Source: Octopus sinensis
Taxonomy: Eukaryota
Assembly (NCBI RefSeq): GCF_006345805.1
Contig: NC_043006.1
Coordinates: 96,410,001-96,474,000 of the forward strand
Direction of reading: 5' to 3'
DNA length: 64,000 nt
Shown one piece after another: positions 26,072-39,249 of this stretch (its first letter is position 1; each line of letters starts with the position of its first letter). Under the pieces are notes generated by a model. The model saw nothing but the letters and a program-made list of their open reading frames with translations, was not told where the DNA came from and ran no database searches. The translations under genes and the position numbers were made by a program.

Positions 26072-26550
26072 GCTCTCTGGATTAGTTTTAGAATCCCCGG
26101 GACAGTGTTACCAGGGTGGGATGAAAGCATTGCTGTTTCGGGATAAACTCTACAAGAATAGTCATCCCGTCAGCCGGCCTGAACGAGATACAGGCAGAGC
26201 GACGAAACTGTCAAGTATGTGTTAGTACCTTCCGAGAGTTTTGCTGACTTGTAAAGTTATGTCGAACAGTTGCTGTCTCGTGTAGAACGGATCTAGCTAT
26301 CGGTCAACTGCATTGTGAAGATCACCCCACTGCCTTTTTTTTTTGCCAAGAAGGATAGGCATATTTCTCCTGGATGGTGGCTATGGTGAAAGAAATTGCG
26401 TGGTGAACGAAGCAGAGAGGATTGATGACAGGCACAGTCTTCTTTGGTCAAACCATCATTGGTTTTTAGAATTACCATTTGAAAAGGGAAGTCAGGATAG
26501 AGAGGGCGTTGAAAGGTGGATGAATGTGGCAAGCAGGGCTCGAGGGATTG
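24600..26550 (+). mobile_element. Old L1/Tx1-type LINE fragment retaining a decayed RT
   Basis: EKSPR (KSPG motif), KKDPNKG, QSKSFGMVDHQ, HKDCLFSPLLYLMAFEPLLRKLE, ANADT (decayed YADD), LEKS. The C-terminal VAMVKEI.W..YHLKREVRIER is homologous to the end of ORF 15364-16413. Interrupted by (CA)n. Confidence 0.75.
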
Positions 26551-26769
26551 GTCTACTGTAAGCCTGCGCCTGTAGGATGGAGCGAAAGGATGAGTGAGGA
26601 GCAACCACGGTGGGGCCTTTCATGGTCGAGTTGATCCAGGATTTGTGGGCTTACCTTACAGCACAGGTAATAGTAGAAGGACTGAAGGTGTTGATAGTGA
26701 AGGAGGTGTTGATGGTATTAGGAGTAGTAGTATTACATGACACTCGTATCATATGACAACAGTATTATT

Positions 26770-26783
26770 GTTGAGGCTGTTGG

Positions 26784-26814
<31 letters not shown>

Positions 26815-27695
26815 TGCCATTGCCATTGCCATCGACGTAGTCGTCGTCATCATCATTGACAATATCGTTACCATAATCCTCCTCATCTTCGCCACCACTG
26901 CTGCACCTCCCATCATCATCGTCGTCATCGTCGTCGTCGCCGTCATCATCATCATATCATCATCATCATCATCATCAAGTGGTGGTCATGTGCTTAATGG
27001 TGTTGTTTTTTTGTGTGTTCTTGTTTGTGCCGCTGCGCTCTGTCCCAGTGTTTCCTTGTGCGTTCCTGTCTCTTACTCTATGTGCTGCACCAGCAATAAC
27101 GGCAGCAGCAGCAACAGTAATAACGACAGTAACAATAACAACAACAAACCAGACTCTTTTCAGTCTCCCTCTTTGCAACAACAGCAACAACAACAACAGC
27201 AACAACTACAGCAACTACAACAACTACAACAACAGCAACAACAACAATCAGACTTTCTCAAATCACTTCCTTATGGCAATAATAATAACAACAACAAGCA
27301 CAGGAACAATATGGGCAGCAAGAACCCCGACCAGACTCTCTCCAATCTCCATCACTGTAGCAACAACAACAACAACAACAAAAACAACGACAGCAAAAAC
27401 AAACAATAAAAACAACAACGACAACAAAAACAACAACAGAACCACTTCGTACAGTCTCCCCCTCACTGCGATATTAAGGGAGACCAAACCGAATAATTCT
27501 CTACTCTGCACACGTATTACATTTACTGGACAGAGACGTGTGTGAAATGTATAAATATCACAATTAAGGCAGCACTGCCAACTAGCATTGCATTATATGC
27601 GCGCGCGCGTGCATATATACATATATGTATATATATATATATGTTATAATATATAATATATATATATAATATATATATATACACACACACGTATG

Positions 27696-27732
<37 letters not shown>

Positions 27733-27844
27733 GAAATATGTACATGTATGTATATATATATATACACATACATATACATACATATTATATATATATGTAT
27801 GTATATGTATGTGTATATATATATATATATACACATACATATAC

Positions 27845-27909
<65 letters not shown>

Positions 27910-28193
27910 TAGAAATACATATACCTTCATCCACCCATATATATATATATATATATGCATGTATGTATATATGTATGTATATATGCATGTATGTATGTAT
28001 GTATGTATGTATGTATGTGTATATTATACAAGATGATTACGATGGTAGTGATACTACTACTGCTGCTGATGTTATGTCGTTGGTGGTAGTGATGAGGAGG
28101 ATGATGGGGTGGAGAAGGATGAGGAGGACGATGACGAGGAAGATAATGATAATGATGATAAGAAGATGTACAGGAAGATGATGATGATGATGG

Positions 28194-28252
<59 letters not shown>

Positions 28253-28460
28253 GTGATGAGAATTAGGATGAAGTCGATGACGACGACGACGGCGATGATG
28301 ATGATGATGATGATGATCATCATCATCATGATCATGATAACGAGGAAGAGAAACACCATTCTGGTGGTATTGATGATGAGGATGATGATGATAGCGATCA
28401 TGTTGAATTTGACGTTGTTGATGATGACAGTAATGATGTTTATGATGAGTTCTTCCATCA
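26770..28460. repeat. Trinucleotide and TA/TATG low-complexity block (ATC, CAA, GAT)
   Basis: Directly visible. Confidence 0.9.
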
Positions 28461-28988
28461 CTTCAAGGAATATTTTTTATGTCATCCTGGGGTCGTTCGA
28501 GTTGATCGATTGAAGACAGTGCCAGAGTATGACTGCAGCATGACCGCATAATAGCTCTAGCATGGTCACAGCCAAATATTCTGACGCCAAATATTCTTTA
28601 CGTTTGATACATCTTCAATTATTTTATCAATTTGTTATGAGTAGCTAAGTCACCTAGACAAGGTTTAACCATGAAGGAACATGAACAAATATTAGAAAGT
28701 CATTTTCCTGTTTCTTCACCGATTCTGGTAAACCACCATCAACAAGTCTAAATACTAAATTATTTGATAAATTTCTTTATCAATTGATCAGGGGAATATC
28801 TATGCGGTTGTTCAAATACCTTGCAACGTAAGGTAAACCTCTCTCAAATCCCATTCTGCCGAATGGATAATATGGTTATAGGCTTATAAAACAACGAAAT
28901 GATCACAGCTGTAGATGTACGAAAACACAGAATGGTCACAATTGGAACGCCTTTGCTCGTTTAGAGCAATATAACTGAAGATAGATAT

Positions 28989-29178
28989 AAAGGCGGCGAT
29001 CTGACAGAATCGTTAGCAGGCCTAGCTTTTTACGCTCTGAGTTCTAATTTCGCTGAAGCCGACTTTACACTTTATTCCTTTGTGGTCCATAAAATAAGTA
29101 CCAGTTGAACACTGGAGTGAATTACATCGATTTTTTCATCTCCTAAAATTGCTGGCCTTGTGCCAAAATTTGAAACTA
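28989..29178 (+). mobile_element. SINE-B, short-tail form, partly deleted
   Basis: aaggcggcgatctgacagaatcgttagc head; ctggccttgtgccaaaatttgaaa tail. Confidence 0.75.
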
Positions 29179-29344
29179 GAATAGTCGTAAGTAGACAAAA
29201 GCACAAAATGGCCACGATTAGAACGTCGTTGATCATAGGCCTGCTTATAGTTTCAGATATACAACAACACGCAATGGTCACAGTTGGAACGCTTTTATAT
29301 CACAGATCTACTCGATAAGAGTTGACCTTATGTGAAACAACAAC

Positions 29345-29735
29345 AGGCGCAGGAGTGGCTGTGTGGTAAGTAGCTTGCTAACCAACCACATGGTTCCGGG
29401 TTCAGTCCCACTGCGTGGCATCTTGAGCAAGTGTCTTCTACTATAGCCTCGGGCCGACCAATGCCTTGTGAGTGGATTTGGTAGACGGAAACTGAAAGAA
29501 GCCTGTCGTATATATGTGTGTGTATGTGTTTGTGTGTCTGTGTTTGTCCCCCTAGCATTGCTTGACAACCGATGCTGGTGTGTTTACGTCCCCGTCACTT
29601 AGCGGTTCGGCAAAAGAGACCGATAGAATAAGTACTGGGCTTACAAAGAATAAGTCCCGGGGTCGATTTACTCGACTAAAGGCGGTGCTCCAGCATGGTC
29701 GCAGTCAAATGACTGAAACAAGTAAAAGAAAAGAA
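29345..29735 (+). mobile_element. SINE-A, full length
   Basis: aggcgcaggagtggctgtgtggtaag head through gaaacaagtaaaag tail. Confidence 0.85.
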
Positions 29736-30940
29736 CCAACAACGATAGTAACAGCTACCACTAGTCGTATAGCGTATCAACATAATCTCAACATTAGCCA
29801 TGCACAGAACCGTATTCAAAACACAGCTACAGAACAATAATGATACGTATTGTATATTTGATTATGTGCATACATTATGTGCATATATTACGTGTATATA
29901 CTATAAATGTTTTATGCATCAGTATGGATAGTGGTAATATCAGATCATGTGTAATGATTTTAGTTTACTGAACACCCATGTTTGTGATGATTCCGGATTA
30001 AAAGTCAATATTCTCAGTGCATCGAAGTGTTGTTTGAGACAGTCTTCCAGAAAGTACGACGACGGATTTGTCGTTGTCGTTGGCGGTGGTGACGGTAGTT
30101 GTCATTCTCATGATCACATTTTACCGAGGTCTACACGATGTTTAAAAACTAGTTTTATAGAAGTTTCCTTCAAGATTCCTATTTTGTTTTTCACCCATTA
30201 ATTCGTGTAGGTTGAACGATGTAAAATGCTAGAGAAAGAAACTGAACTCTTTCTTACAATACATACCAATACATACATCTTAAGCAACATTTTTCAGGAG
30301 CCCTTAAAATACTATTGTAGGTCCCCAATTTAATATTTTGTTGCATGAATCCGCCCCCCCCCCATCTTATATGGATCCGGTTGAGAACCACTTTTGTCAA
30401 CAGTCCATGTTTCCGCCGAATAAGGAAGGATGCACAATAAAAAATGCACGATAAACCAGCATTTTTGTACCGACCTTAATATTTCGTTGTGATTACAGAC
30501 GATTCTTTTAGAGAATCAAAAACTTTGCTGCTTTTTTTGAATGCGAAACGCAGCTTCTCTGTTCAAAGTTAACCATGCTGCCGATGTATTTAAAGGATTC
30601 GACAACAGCTAACCTCCTATCCTTCACATATATTTGAGGAACAGTAGGGGCCTTCCGTTGTGGGGGTTGATTCATTACTGCAGTTTTCTTTGTGTTAGTT
30701 TTATATGGACCCTAAGGGGCCGCATAGACCCCAGTTAAGAACAATTGCTACACAGATAGAATAAACCTTAGATGAAATGGCATCGCAACAACCACGACTC
30801 TTCAATTTTTATCCAATGCGTTTCGTCATTTTTAAAAATGGTTGAATATGATTTGAGGGGCATTTAGCTGCCACTTGTAACAGATCAAACGGCCATAGAG
30901 CAGCACCTTCTTAGTCTCATTGATATCTAGAAGGGCTCTC

Positions 30941-31118
30941 ATTTTGGTACAAGACCAACAATTTTGGGGTAAGGGGTAAGTTGAGTACATCGACCGAGTG
31001 CTTGACTGGTACTTATTTTATCGATCCTGAAAGGAATTTGAACTCAGAACGCAAAGACGGACGAAATGCTGCTAAGCATTTTGCCCGGCGGGCTAACGAG
31101 TCTGCCAGCTCGCCACCT
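30941..31118 (-). mobile_element. SINE-B, internally deleted
   Basis: Head (revcomp aggtggcgagctggcagactcgttagc) and tail homology. Confidence 0.75.
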
Positions 31119-31986
31119 GATGTTTTCAGAATATTAACGGTTAAGATTTAAACATAAATTCTAGATATTCCCTAACAGTAACAGAAAATATACGCTTGCA
31201 GGATATTTGAACTTCGTATTCATCACATTTCAGACAGTAAGGTGTTACTGATTAATCCACACAGCGCCCTAATCCTCCAATCATTTTATAAAATGTTTCA
31301 CAGTTGTTCTTTATCTTATACCACAATGCCATCTTAGATAAGTATGTATGTATGTATGTATGTATGTATAGTGACTGAGCGTTTCACGGTTTGTTGACTG
31401 CTCCCCAGCGCAGCGTACTCACCTTCATTCCCTAATCATTAGCACATTACATCTTCAATATAAAACAGTCATAAATTAAGCTAGCATTATAGTGGATGAC
31501 TAGAATTGGATTGTTCTTCATTAATATAAAATATTTAATACACAACTCAGCGCAAATATAAAAAAGTAGACTAGAATAAATTTGAATATTAGAAATCCAG
31601 ACTACGATTGTAAAAAGAATGCAGACTTTTTATACTATTGATGAGCGGGAAAAAGACCTATTGTTTAATGAATGAAGAGCCGTCCAAAGGACAATAATGA
31701 AAATTAGGATTCCCATTTATTTACTCGTCAAACGTATGACTGATGTTTCTAATATATGATTTATTATTCATTGGGAAAGGAAACCAGGTACTTTTACTTT
31801 TATGGGTAGTGAACAAACTTTGAAACGGTCCGTCAGGAGACTACCGTTCTTATTTTTCTCCACACATCAATAGTATGCAAATAATCCGCTTACAGTCTTA
31901 TCAAACTTACAGGAAGCTTCTAGTATTTATATATATTTTAGTCTTGTGTTGTGCAAAGTGTGTGTGTGTATGTGTGTGTGTATGTG

Positions 31987-32056
<70 letters not shown>

Positions 32057-32299
32057 CGTGCGTCCATTTAAGGAAGTATCTGGGACCGAAAAACAATAGA
32101 TATTTATCACACTACGGCTATACACAACACATAGTGTCTGCCATCTCTTCCTATCAAATACAGGGGGGGGGGCACAATATACCACACATCACACGAGAAT
32201 CACAAATAATTTCCCATTTACTTTACATCCAGGTGTTAGGTTATAGCTCTACTATCTAACATAGTCAAGTTATCATACTTAAAACATCGATTTATTCTT

Positions 32300-32388
32300 A
32301 TTATATATATATAATCGACTTAATCCGTTTGTCTGTCCTAGTTTGTCCCCTCTGTGTTTAGCCCCTTGTGGGTAGTAAAGAAATATAT
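32300..32388 (+). mobile_element. SINE-B long tail only (5' truncated)
   Basis: aatcgacttaatccgtttgtctgtcc..tttagccccttgtgggtagtaaagaaat. Confidence 0.75.
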
Positions 32389-32920
32389 ATAACTGTAGTT
32401 CTTTTATCATACTCAAACAGTTCCAATATACCCCAAGAGTCGAAACTTAAAACTGTAACGGAAGCACGATCTCTCTTTACCTTTAGATATCCGCATTTTG
32501 CCTTTTACTTTTAGGTTCATCACATGAGTCAAGTCCATTTAACTTTACGCGGACTGTTCACCCCTTAACGTGACAGATTAGACAAGCGTCCCAACATCAG
32601 CTATTTAAAGGAGGTTTTTTTCTCTTGAATTCCTTAGAGAGTCGAGTTTGTTACGAGCAAGCTTTGATCTTCGACATGAAAGCAGTGTATACGACTTCGC
32701 AGCTTCAGCAAGAAGAGATTTGTAACCAAAATCTTTGATGCTATGATTTGCGCTTTATCTAACATTTATCTTCAATCCCAAGAAACATTTTGAAACCATG
32801 TAATGTTTTTAACAGAGTCTCACTTGTTATGCCTTGCATTTCATTTTAAGTTCGGAAATAAATGTTGCAGGGCGGTCAACTTCGCTTTATATTTTCTTGA
32901 TAATATTCATCTTGAAACGC

Positions 32921-33128
32921 AGAGTGCTAGCAGAAATGTTAGCACGAAGGGGCGAAATGCTTAGCGGCATTTCGTCTGTCTTTATGTTCTGAGTCCAAAT
33001 TCCGCCGAGGTTGACTTTGACTTCCATCATATCCGGGTCGATAAATTAAGTACCAGATGTAATTAAGTACCAGTCGAATGTCCCCGTCCCCCACAATTTC
33101 GGGCCTTGTGCCTAGAGTACAAGAGAAT
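32921..33128 (+). mobile_element. SINE-B, short-tail form
   Basis: Head, central block and aatttcgggccttgtgcctagagta tail. Confidence 0.75.
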
Positions 33129-33235
33129 AATATTCACGCAGACTCATTCTAATCAGAAGACATTAGATTCGCAGGGCTTAAACCACACTGCATTCATTCA
33201 ACTACATTCGGTAAAAACCATAAGCAAGCGCTACA

Positions 33236-33286
<51 letters not shown>

Positions 33287-33358
33287 GGTTACACATTCTT
33301 AAAGGCATTGCCCCAGTATGGCCGCAATCTAATGATTGAAAAGAATAAAAGAAAATGA

Positions 33359-33404
<46 letters not shown>

Positions 33405-33420
33405 TATATATATACACACA

Positions 33421-33587
33421 CACGACGAGTTTCTTTCAGTTTCCGTTTACCGGATCCACTCACAAGGCATTGGTCGGCCCGAAGCTATAGTCGAAGACAC
33501 TTGTTCTGGATGCTACCTGGTGGGTCTGAACCCGGAACCATGTGGTTTGGAAGCAAGCTTCTTACAACACAGCCATGCTTGTGCCTA
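33421..33587 (-). mobile_element. SINE-A 5' half
   Basis: Homology to the SINE-A head. Confidence 0.7.
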
Positions 33588-33595
33588 CATATGTA

Positions 33596-33832
33596 TATAG
33601 TTGAAATTTATAGAAAAAACAAAGACGAAAACTGGTGTGGTATAAACAAGAAAATGTATTAGTTTGACACTCGGGCAAAATGATAGTCTTTAACGTTTCA
33701 AACCTACGCTCTTCGAGAGAAAGGATTAAGAAGAAATATATAGAGAATGAAAAATACGTGTTGTTTTCAATACCCTTTCTTGTTGTTCCTACACCTGTCT
33801 TCATCTTTGTTTTTCTATAAATTTGAACTATA
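33596..33832. mobile_element. Short foldback element (~45 bp arms) with decayed hammerhead-like motif
   Basis: tatagttgaaatttatagaaaaaacaaagacgaaaactggtgt versus acacctgtcttcatctttgtttttctataaatttgaactata. The spacer on the minus strand reads tcgaagagcgtaggtttgaaacgttaaa, similar to 11106-11140. Confidence 0.6.
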
Positions 33833-34070
33833 TGTTATACGCTCACGTGGTTACCCTAGCTTGATCCTGATTGAAGTTCCCACTCTCTTGGACTTGCGTA
33901 CCTGAAATACTTCAGGACACTTCAGCACCTCTCGTCATCCACATACCAGCACTTCACCCGCATTACCACTGGATCTTCGTACTATTTTGGACTCTATCTT
34001 CACGGATCTCGCTGGCTATTTTCATTGATACACACACACACACTCACACACACGCGCGTGCACACACACA

Positions 34071-34114
<44 letters not shown>

Positions 34115-34984
34115 AACATATGTATACATATGAGCTTGTATATACAACTCATGTCCTTAAAAACCGAATGAAAGTTAGAACATAACCATTGAGCAATTCT
34201 TCCATCACGCCCTCTTATCTAAGGAGAGATAAATGTGAATTCGCGTTGGTCATGCCTCTCCCCCAAAGGTATTAAACAACGCAAATGAACTGAAAATACT
34301 TCACGCTCGAAATGAACCGCTGTACAGAGGTCAACGCTACTCAGAGTTATATTTTAAACGTGTTTCTGTTTCATCAATTCTTCTGTATTTATTCACATCT
34401 TTTCGGTTCCTGTCTTCTAATAATAGAGCTGTTACATCAACTTACAAATCTAAATTTTAAATAGGCTTCAGCGGTGGATGTTGTCTGTGTTTCATAGCGT
34501 GAAATATGGAAGAATTGGTTGCCAATATCTATTACACAGATTGGAACAAACACGTAAATGCACATACAAATAAACACACACACACATACATACACACCCT
34601 AAGACGCATGCGTATAAACACGCACACACTGACAGACAGTCTCTCACAGTGACACTCTTTACTCCCTCTCTTGCTCTGTGTGTGTGTGTGTATATCTGCG
34701 TGTATATATATATATACACACATAAATACATACATACATATACATACACATATATATATATGTTTATATACACATATGTATGCATATATTTGCGTGGTTA
34801 TGCGTGTATATGTGTGCATATATGTATATATGTGTGTGAATTCGTGCATTGTATGTATACATTCATATACACATATAATGTAGGCACACACAAGCAAAGA
34901 CATATATAGCTTTACAAACATGTATATACGTACGTATGTATATATTTATGCATATATGTATGTATGTGTGTAAGTACGTATCTC

Positions 34985-35027
<43 letters not shown>

Positions 35028-35077
35028 CATCTATCCCTCTACCTATCCATCCATCTATCCATCTATCCATCTATCTA

Positions 35078-35114
<37 letters not shown>

Positions 35115-35870
35115 CTATCTGTATCATATATGCTAGCCAGGAAATAACCAACGCACTTACACAAACACACACATACATATATATATATACATACAAGCAC
35201 ACACACACACATATATATATATACACATGCATGGGCACAAACATGCATACATACATACATACATAAATACATACATACATACACACACACATACATACAT
35301 AAATACATGCATACATACATACACAAATACATACATACATACATACATACATGCATACACACACACATACATATATACATACATACATACATACATACAT
35401 ACATACATACATACATACATACATACGCTTCCAGATCGTTAGCGGCCTTTCAAACACACAACCGCGCTCTTACAGTTTGTCATAATTGACTCACTGAAGC
35501 AGACGATCATTCAGATTTTATGTCGGACAAGTTTGACGCATCGTTGGTCACAGATCGACCTCCAGGTTCTGCATATGTTTGTTAAAAAGCGTCGGTGATT
35601 TGCTCTCACGTGCAGGCCTGATTGTGTACGTGTGTGATTGCATTTCTTAGTTTAGACACTTATATAAATCTATCCACGTATATTTACATATATTATAAAT
35701 CGTATATCTACCTATTTGCATACATATATACAATACATTACGAAACATGTGTACTCGTTGCTATATAATTTTGTGTGCAGTAATATATATTTGTACGCAG
35801 CGAAGTGTATGTATGTGTGTATAGTATATGTTAATATATGTATATATATATATAATAATAATAATAATAA

Positions 35871-36030
35871 TAGGGAATAAATCCAAACTTACAGGGAAAA
35901 ATTAGATTTAGGATTAAATCCAACTTTATAGTATAAATATATTATATTATATTATATTAAATTAGAGATAAAACCACTATTAGGCAAATCAAACAGTGAA
36001 AAACATAAGCCAATACATAAAATTAATTTA
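35871..36030. repeat. Second copy of the family found at 38108-38476
   Basis: tagggaataaatccaaa.ttacagggaaaaa...ggattaaatccaa...aaaaccactat is shared with 38108 onward; both follow (TA)n(TAA)n. Confidence 0.7.
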
Positions 36031-36223
36031 AAAACATAAAAGTTAAAAATAAAAAATTATTTAAATAATTTAAACTTATAAATTTTATATATATAAACAA
36101 ATATACATATATATGTATGTATGTATATTTTTATATTTATATATTATTTTATTAATTAATTAATTAATTAATTAATTTATTAATTTTTTTAAAATATCAA
36201 AAGTATTAAAAGTTTAATAAAAG

Positions 36224-36263
<40 letters not shown>

Positions 36264-36355
36264 GTGTATGTGTGTGTGTGTGTGTGTGAGTGTGTGTATT
36301 TTAAGTATGTGTCTATGCAAGCGTAAGTATGTATGATAGAATGTATGCTTTATCA

Positions 36356-36553
36356 GTTCTTTTACTCGTTTCAGGCCTTAGATTGCAGCCATGCTGGAGC
36401 AACGCCTGGAAGAGTTTAGTCAAGCGAATCGATCTCATTCATTTTCATAAGCATGACATTTATTCTACCGTTTTCCTTTTTTTTGTTTTTCTTTTCCCCG
36501 AATCATTAATTTCCTGGAATATCAACAAACCAACACAGGATGTGAAGCGAAGG
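36356..36553 (-). mobile_element. SINE-A-related 3' part, diverged
   Basis: gattgcagccatgctggagcaacgcc and ataaacaaaccaaca homology. Confidence 0.55.
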
Positions 36554-36649
36554 TGAGGGATAACCTCAAGCGCTAAGATATACAGACATAAATATTCAAA
36601 TATATAGATACATAAGTGTGTGCATGTATGCACACACACATATATGTGA

Positions 36650-36714
<65 letters not shown>

Positions 36715-36717
36715 TAC

Positions 36718-36826
36718 GGAGATGTACTCGCATAGCAAGTATTTGATCTGAGATCGTGTGCTGAAACAAAAACAATTGCAGCGTGGAAGGTGTTTATAAG
36801 CATTTAAGAAACACACAAAAGCCGTT
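36718..36826. repeat. Interspersed repeat, second copy at 54594-54771
   Basis: gagatgtact..catagcaagt..tgatctgagatcgtgtgctg.aac.aaaacaattgcagcgtggaaggtgttta is present at both loci. Confidence 0.7.
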
Positions 36827-36841
36827 TGTTATATATATATA

Positions 36842-36917
<76 letters not shown>

Positions 36918-37011
36918 ATACATACATACACACACATATACATTAACATATACATACATACATACATTCATACATTCATATATATATATATGTATATATG
37001 TATGCATACTA

Positions 37012-37162
37012 AGGCAGGAGTGACTGTGTGGTAAGAAGCTTGCTTACCCAACCTCATGGTTCCGGGTTCAGTCCCACTACGTGGCACCTTGGGCAAGTGT
37101 CTCTACTATAGCCTCGGGCCGACCAAGTGGATTAGGTAGACGGAAACTGAAAGAAGCCGGTC

Positions 37163-37165
<3 letters not shown>
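37012..37165 (+). mobile_element. SINE-A 5' half
   Basis: aggcaggagtgactgtgtggtaag...ccgggttcagtcccact. Confidence 0.8.
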
Positions 37166-37255
<90 letters not shown>

Positions 37256-37744
37256 AATGTTCCCCCCTTATACATCTATGTAAATGGCCGGCTTTTACGA
37301 ATTGCATCTCGGTAAAAACGTGTGTATTCGGAATGAAAATTCATTACTGGTTAAATTTACAATCGAAATATAGGATAAAATCTTTATAAGAATTTATCAA
37401 GTAATTAGCGTGAAAAACCTCATAAGAGAAAAATCCACCAATTTTTTCTCTTAAATATGTATATTTATATTATATAGAGGGCATTACTATACATAAATGC
37501 CACACGCTAGGAGGGACTCTTAAAGTCAAAACTACTAAAATAAAAAAACACGTCGAACCGAAAGCGAGGGAATGCAACTCTCGAAGCTAGCCATTTAAAA
37601 ACAGAATTCAACTGCAAATCACGTGATTTCATAATTAGTGCAGAAATGCACTCTTTAATATATATATATAAATATATGCATATACATATACATACATATA
37701 TGTATATACATTTATATGTATATATATATATGTATATACATATG

Positions 37745-37775
<31 letters not shown>

Positions 37776-38066
37776 AGTCAATTTAGGGTAGCAAAAAAAT
37801 TCAATAGAAATTTATCGCTACCAGCGGCCTGGTGGAAAAGAGAAAATAGTCATCGACTAAATATATAAATATAACAATTTAATTTAATTTAATTAAGCTA
37901 ATTTAATCATTAATGACACAGAAACGTTGCAACGTCTAAAAGATGAATTAGGGTAAATGTTTTTAAATTTTCACCTAATTTCTGAATTACTACTACTTGG
38001 CGGTGTGAGTTATGGCTGCTCTTTCTGGTGGACGAGTGACCTGTTAGGGTCACTCCTAAATTGTTA

Positions 38067-38098
<32 letters not shown>

Positions 38099-38107
38099 AA
38101 TAAATAT

Positions 38108-38476
38108 TAGGGAATAAATCCAAATTTACAGGGAAAAAATCATATTTAGGATTAAATCCAATTTTATAGTAAAATATTATATAATATTAATTCGAGACAA
38201 AACCACTATTTTGCAAAACAAACAAGGAAAGACTTAATCAATACATAAAAAATTTTAATATAAAGTAAATAAACCGCCACTACAATTGTTTCATGTCTTC
38301 AAATGACATTCGTCAGGTGGATTTCCGATCTTCAAATCAGTTTTAATTTATAAATTAAAACTGATTTGAAGACATGAAACAATTGTAGTGGCGGTTTATT
38401 TACTTTATATTAAAATTTTTTATGTATTGATTAAGTCTTTCCTTGTTTGATTTGCAAAATAGTGGTTTTGTCTCGA
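38108..38476. mobile_element. Penelope-like terminal remnant in foldback configuration
   Basis: 113 bp inverted arms at 38192-38304 and 38364-38476 with one mismatch, a perfect 42 bp palindrome at 38330-38371, and a complete hammerhead motif. Follows (TA)n(TAA)n. Confidence 0.75.
38277..38320 (-). ncRNA. Minimal type I hammerhead ribozyme
   Basis: CCAC CTGACGA ATGTC ATTTGAA GACAT GAAA CAATTG TA GTGG. Stem I is 4 bp, the core is canonical, stem II is 5 bp, stem III is the palindrome CAATTG, and the cleavage triplet is GUA. Confidence 0.88.
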
Positions 38477-39090
38477 GGTGATCAAGATGAAGATAGCAGG
38501 AAAATTATCTTATTTAGGGTTAAAAGTTCTATTGCCACCACCATCACCACTAACAACAATAATTAAGGTGCTGACAATGATGATGATGACAATTGAAATA
38601 TAAAAATATAAAAATCTCTGACAAAGATATTTACAACATTTCTAAAAATAACCAACAATTGCTGCTTCGGCCAGGGTCAAGATACAGGACTCTTGACATG
38701 TCCAACAAAGCATGATGCCTAAACCAATCAGCTACCAACCAATCAGCTAAGTAACTGAGTGATACTACACACTGATTGGTCAGAATACAGTTTGCAAAAC
38801 CTAGCACTCTGGAGCCTACCCAGCTGTATCAATCATCTTGCTACCGTCAAAAATTGTGAAGCATGACTGTCAACACTACTACATGAACCCGAAGATTGCA
38901 GAATTCAATGCATGAAAGTACTAGTTCAATCAGAATGAACATTTAACATTCTACTATTTCATTTTATTTTATTCAATTATAATATATTATCTTATAATAT
39001 ATCATTATAAGATTGTAAATAAAACGTGAAAATCAGACAAGGTTGGAATTCTTTTTATTAATATATTCTTCTATACACAATCACTCACAC

Positions 39091-39156
<66 letters not shown>

Positions 39157-39170
39157 GTGTGTGTGTGGTG

Positions 39171-39249
<79 letters not shown>

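Noticed and set aside
38020-38066. Hairpin gagtgacc/ggtcactc preceded by ctggtgga
   Set aside because: Both core boxes deviate from the hammerhead consensus, so it is too degenerate to call.
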